A stretch of DNA of 64,000 nt, taken from NCBI GenBank assembly GCA_964016885.1, contig OZ024743.1, positions 354,826,001-354,890,000 of the forward strand, given 5' to 3'. This stretch comes from Eledone cirrhosa. Lineage: Eukaryota. Shown here piece by piece: positions 59,983-64,000 of the stretch. The notes below the pieces were generated by a model, which had not been told where the DNA came from, made no database searches, and saw nothing but the letters and a program-made list of their open reading frames with translations. Within the stretch, counting starts at the first letter, position 1. Each line of letters opens with the position of its first letter. Both the position numbers and the translations under genes were made by a program.

Positions 59983-60879
59983 AATAACAACAATAATAAT
60001 AATAATAATAATAAGGGAAGAAGACGCACGGAATAAGGGAAGAAGACGCACGAGGTGGATAGAAGGTCATGAAATCGCTCCCGTAAGTTTTTGATTTTTA
60101 ACATATTTAAATCAATTGTGAAATAACAATTCTTAGTACAAATGTTGCATAAACCACCGAATCAGGTCCCATAAAGTTTCGGATCCATATTATATTGTTG
60201 TATCGCTCAAATATTCAATTTTGTATTATATATTTTGTATTCAAAAAAAGAAAATGGTTATAAATGGGAAAAAAACACCCTCTGTCTACACTATATAGAA
60301 CAGCCAAATAACAGCAATTTCACCAACACCAGAAACTTGATACACCACCTATCCCATCACACTAAATATAACAGCCAGATAACGGCAATTTCACCAGCAT
60401 CATAATAATAATTACTATTATTATTGTCTCAAATTTTAAAAAAATGTTTAATTCCAATTTTACGGGAATATGTGAACACAAAATATAATAAAAATATATA
60501 TTAAACATACGAACACAAACTCATAGATACTACATATCAGTAACCACAACACCACCGCTGCCACCACCCCACCCCATCCATCATTGCTACCACTATCCCA
60601 TCGTCGCCGCCACCACTCCTTCAATGCTACCACCACTATTCCCCTGTTAACTTGAGAGAGAAAGGGGAAGGTGGCGGTATCACTAGACAAGCGAGAGGCT
60701 AGCAAAAGATATAAATAGATTCATTTAGTGACCTGGCCACCGGCCAAACGTCAACATCAACAACTATGGGACTGCTGGCTCACCCCTTCCTCACCAACAA
60801 TATAAAAAGCCCCGGCACCGCCACCGACATAGCCAGCAACAGTAGCAGCCAACTACAACAAAAAGTATATTATATTATT

Positions 60880-60930
60880 GTAATGCACTGGGTGATTGCT
60901 GGCCTTGTGCCTGGAGTGGAGACAATTATT
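60880..60930 (+). mobile_element. SINE 3' tail fragment
   Basis: gtaatgcactgggtgattgctggccttgtgcctggagtggagacaattatt. Confidence 0.75.
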
Positions 60931-60989
60931 AATAATTTCATTCTTAAGCCACGCAATGCTCACATTAAGGAACCACTCATGATAATAAC

Positions 60990-63900
60990 AATTTGAAAAA
61001 ACAACAAAAAGAAAACCCCGTGACCAAGAAATACCGGGATGGCGGCCGGCGGGGAATAGCCGTGTCTCTTGGGGAGAACGACCCCTCTAGTCTTGGTTGA
61101 CACTCGTTCTAGAAGTGGTAACACGAAATGATTACCCCTTGGCGGATAAGGATAAAACGCGACAAAATAAAGTAAATGTCTAATGATAAAATCTCATACC
61201 GGATCGGCCGTCACCTGGGTAAAAAAGGGCCGCGTCCCTCAGAGAGGAACCAGACTGGGGTCGAAAAATCAGCTAATGGTTCAGACCTTCCCATCACTTC
61301 GGAGCTGGAGACCTCCCATAACGGAATACACCTACTGTTGGCCCTCCATGCTCACCACCAAGAAATCCAAAGAAAAAGAGAGAAAAATGGTCAAGGGAAG
61401 ATAATAAAGAAGTCCTTGAGGCTTTCTACACTGCCATGTACTACCCATCAAATACATCGAATACAGAACAGACATATATCAACTGGAAAAAGAAACATCC
61501 CGAAAACAGAGGCTATATTGACAGTAACAAACTAGCCAATATACGAAGAAATATTGTAAGAAAAAAGTTACTAACTGATATAGAAATTGATCAGATCAAG
61601 CTATTAGCACAAAGTCAGCGAAGGGAAAATGAAACATGTGTCAGTGAAAACGAGGTAAACTGTAACACTTCGAACCCCAGGGTTGGGGCGGAATCACTGA
61701 CAACAGAACAAATTAAAGAAAGGATCGAAAAAGTGGAGGGAGTGCATGCTCAGGATGAAACTCCAAATGAAAATAATGAGATCGTAAATGATAAAGAAAT
61801 GAATGAGAATGAACTTGCCAACTTGAAGGACGAAATTATGATCGAATGGATGAAAATGAAAGAATCTGACATGGGGCAACGAGACACCCTCCCTAAGATC
61901 CAGAACTCCAAACAGAACCAAAAGATAATACACAAGACTAACATAATTCTCAAAAACATTATCATCACAAACAAACTAAATATTACTGATTTAAATCATC
62001 TCTATTATGCATCGGCTAAAGTCACCACTCACTTATGTGGAGTGAAGATGAAAAAACAAAGGAATTCGCACAATAAATCTACTTGGCAAGAGAACATCAA
62101 TCGCCAAATAAACCTTCTCCGATCTGACATAGAAATTTTAACAAACTATAAAGTAGGTGAACATGTTAAACAAACTAAACTTAGAAAATTGAAAAAAAAG
62201 TACAGTATAAAATCAACATGTGACATAGACATGCTGATAGAAATAATCAAGCAAAAAGTGTCGGCCAAAGCTGCTCGTATAAGGCGCTTTGAAAAACGAT
62301 CTAGATTCTATAAGGACAATAATATGTTCAAAAACAACCAAAGAAACTTCTACAGCAAAATTGGTAAGTCAACAATAACTGCTAAATCAATACCACCCAA
62401 GGAGGAAGTGCAAGAATTCTGGGAAAAGATCTGGGCAGAAGAAAAAGTTCATAACATACATGCCCCATGGATAGACAGACAAATGAAAGATACAGCTCAC
62501 CTTGAGGAACAAACATGGGAAAATATAACAGTTGAACAGTTGCGCTTGGCTCTAAGAAAAACCAGCAAATGGAAATCCCCAGGAAAAGACAAAATACAAC
62601 ACTTTTGGATAAATGCCTTCACAGAGTCTCATGAGCTGTTAGCCCAACTTTACAATGAAATAGTTAAGGAGCCAGAAAAGATACCATCATGGCTAGTTAA
62701 CGGCATTACATTCCTGCTTCCGAAGAATGATGAGACAAACAATCCCAAAAATTACAGACCGATAACTTGCTTGACCACAATGTATAAAATTTTAACATCA
62801 GTCCTAACTGAACACACATATGACCACCTGATAACAAATGACCTATTTCCCATTGAGCAGAAAGGGTGTAAACGAGGCTCATATGGCTGTAAGGATCAGC
62901 TTCTCGTTAACAAAATGATACTGGAAGATTGTCATAATAGACACAAAAATCTATCGATTGCTTGGATAGAGTATAAAAAAGCATTCGATAGTTTGCCACA
63001 CAGTTGGATTGAAAAATGTTTAGAGATTTTCAAATATCCCCCGTTGTCAGGAGGTTTTTGTCATTCAGTATGAAGACATGGAAAACGACACTCCTTTTGA
63101 ATAGTGAAACAAAATCACTGGAAGCTGGAGAAGTTAATATTAATTGTGGAATTTTTCAGGGTGACTCTTTATCACCGCTTTTATTCTGCATCGCACTTAT
63201 ACCATTAAGTAAAATGCTCAATGAAACAAAACATGGATATAAAGTCATTGACAAAACCATTAATCACCTGTTCTACATGGATGACCTGAAACTATTTGCA
63301 AAAAATGATGAACAATTGCAAGGGCTATTATCCACTGTGGAGCAGTTCAGTGATGACATTAAAATGGAGTTTGGACTAGATAAATGCGCCAAAGCAACGT
63401 TCACCAGAAGAAAGCTGCTGAAGAGTTCAGACATTAATCTTGATCGGGGGGAACGTGATAAGAGAACTTGATCAAGAAAAAACTTACAAATATCTAGGTG
63501 TTTGTGAAGGAGACGGAATCAAGCACTCGACAATGAGGGAAAGGATAAGGAAGGAATGTTACCGCAGAGTAAGAGCATTCTTAAGAACGGAATTGAATGC
63601 AAGGAATAGGATCAATGCCATAAACACGCTTGCCATACCAGTAGTAACCTACAGTTACAATGTCATCAACTGGTCAAGCACAGAGATCCGTAGGCTCGAT
63701 ACAAAAATTCGAAAATTCTTAACCATGCACAGAATACATCACCTTAAGGCAGATATAGATAGAATATATCTCCCTAGGAAAGAAGGAGGACGTGGGTTAA
63801 TCCAGTTAGACATTGCGTTGAAAACTGCAACAATTGGATTATCTACATATCTAAGGGAATCACATGATTGGATGATCAAACTCGTTTTGAAACACGAAAG

Positions 63901-64000
63901 CACTAAAAGATCATATTCCATTACAAAAGATGCACAAAGATACAGTAATGGACTACAAATTTCAGAAGTCCCATTTACTGCTGAAATGGAAAACACAGAA
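60990..64000 (+). mobile_element. Dong/R4-like element family B including its 5' region; runs off the window
   Basis: GC-rich 5'UTR, ATG at 61176, Myb-like WSREDN segment, [37 protein letters not shown]. Frameshifts near 61350, 63030 and 63445. The 5' boundary is approximate. Confidence 0.9.

Noticed and set aside
29006-60014. HeT-A/TART- or SART/TRAS-like telomeric array
   Set aside because: The spacers are (AAT)n rather than telomeric repeats, orientations are mixed, and non-array sequence lies on both sides.

Overview
Eukaryotic, AT- and microsatellite-rich DNA made almost entirely of retroelements. No host protein-coding gene, rRNA, tRNA gene or CRISPR array is recognisable. The SINE type and the repeat landscape suggest a cephalopod (Octopus-like) genome, but this is inference only. 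The left part (1-29 kb) holds (TA)n/(CA)n/(AGT)n microsatellites, tRNA-derived SINEs, a decayed mariner, CR1- and RTE-like fragments, Penelope-like elements (PLEs, GIY-YIG), several AT-rich fold-back repeats and about ten hammerhead-ribozyme (HHR) motifs, including a 310-bp HHR-containing unit in tandem and inverted copies. The right part (29-60 kb) is an uninterrupted chain of eight non-LTR retrotransposons, each separated from the next only by an (AAT)n tract. Five are Tx1-like (ORF1 CCHC + APE-RT ORF2; three subfamilies; two full-length 6,024-bp copies with open ORFs) and all lie on the minus strand. Three are Dong/R4-like (RT + restriction-like endonuclease; two subfamilies) and all lie on the plus strand. 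A fourth Dong/R4-like copy runs off the window end. The best candidate for an unusual system is this shared (AAT)n landing pad, used with opposite strand polarity by two unrelated endonuclease classes. Related leads are a possible SINE partner of the Tx1 family and a conserved GGTAAGT signal over the ORF1 stop that could splice ORF1 to ORF2 in frame.
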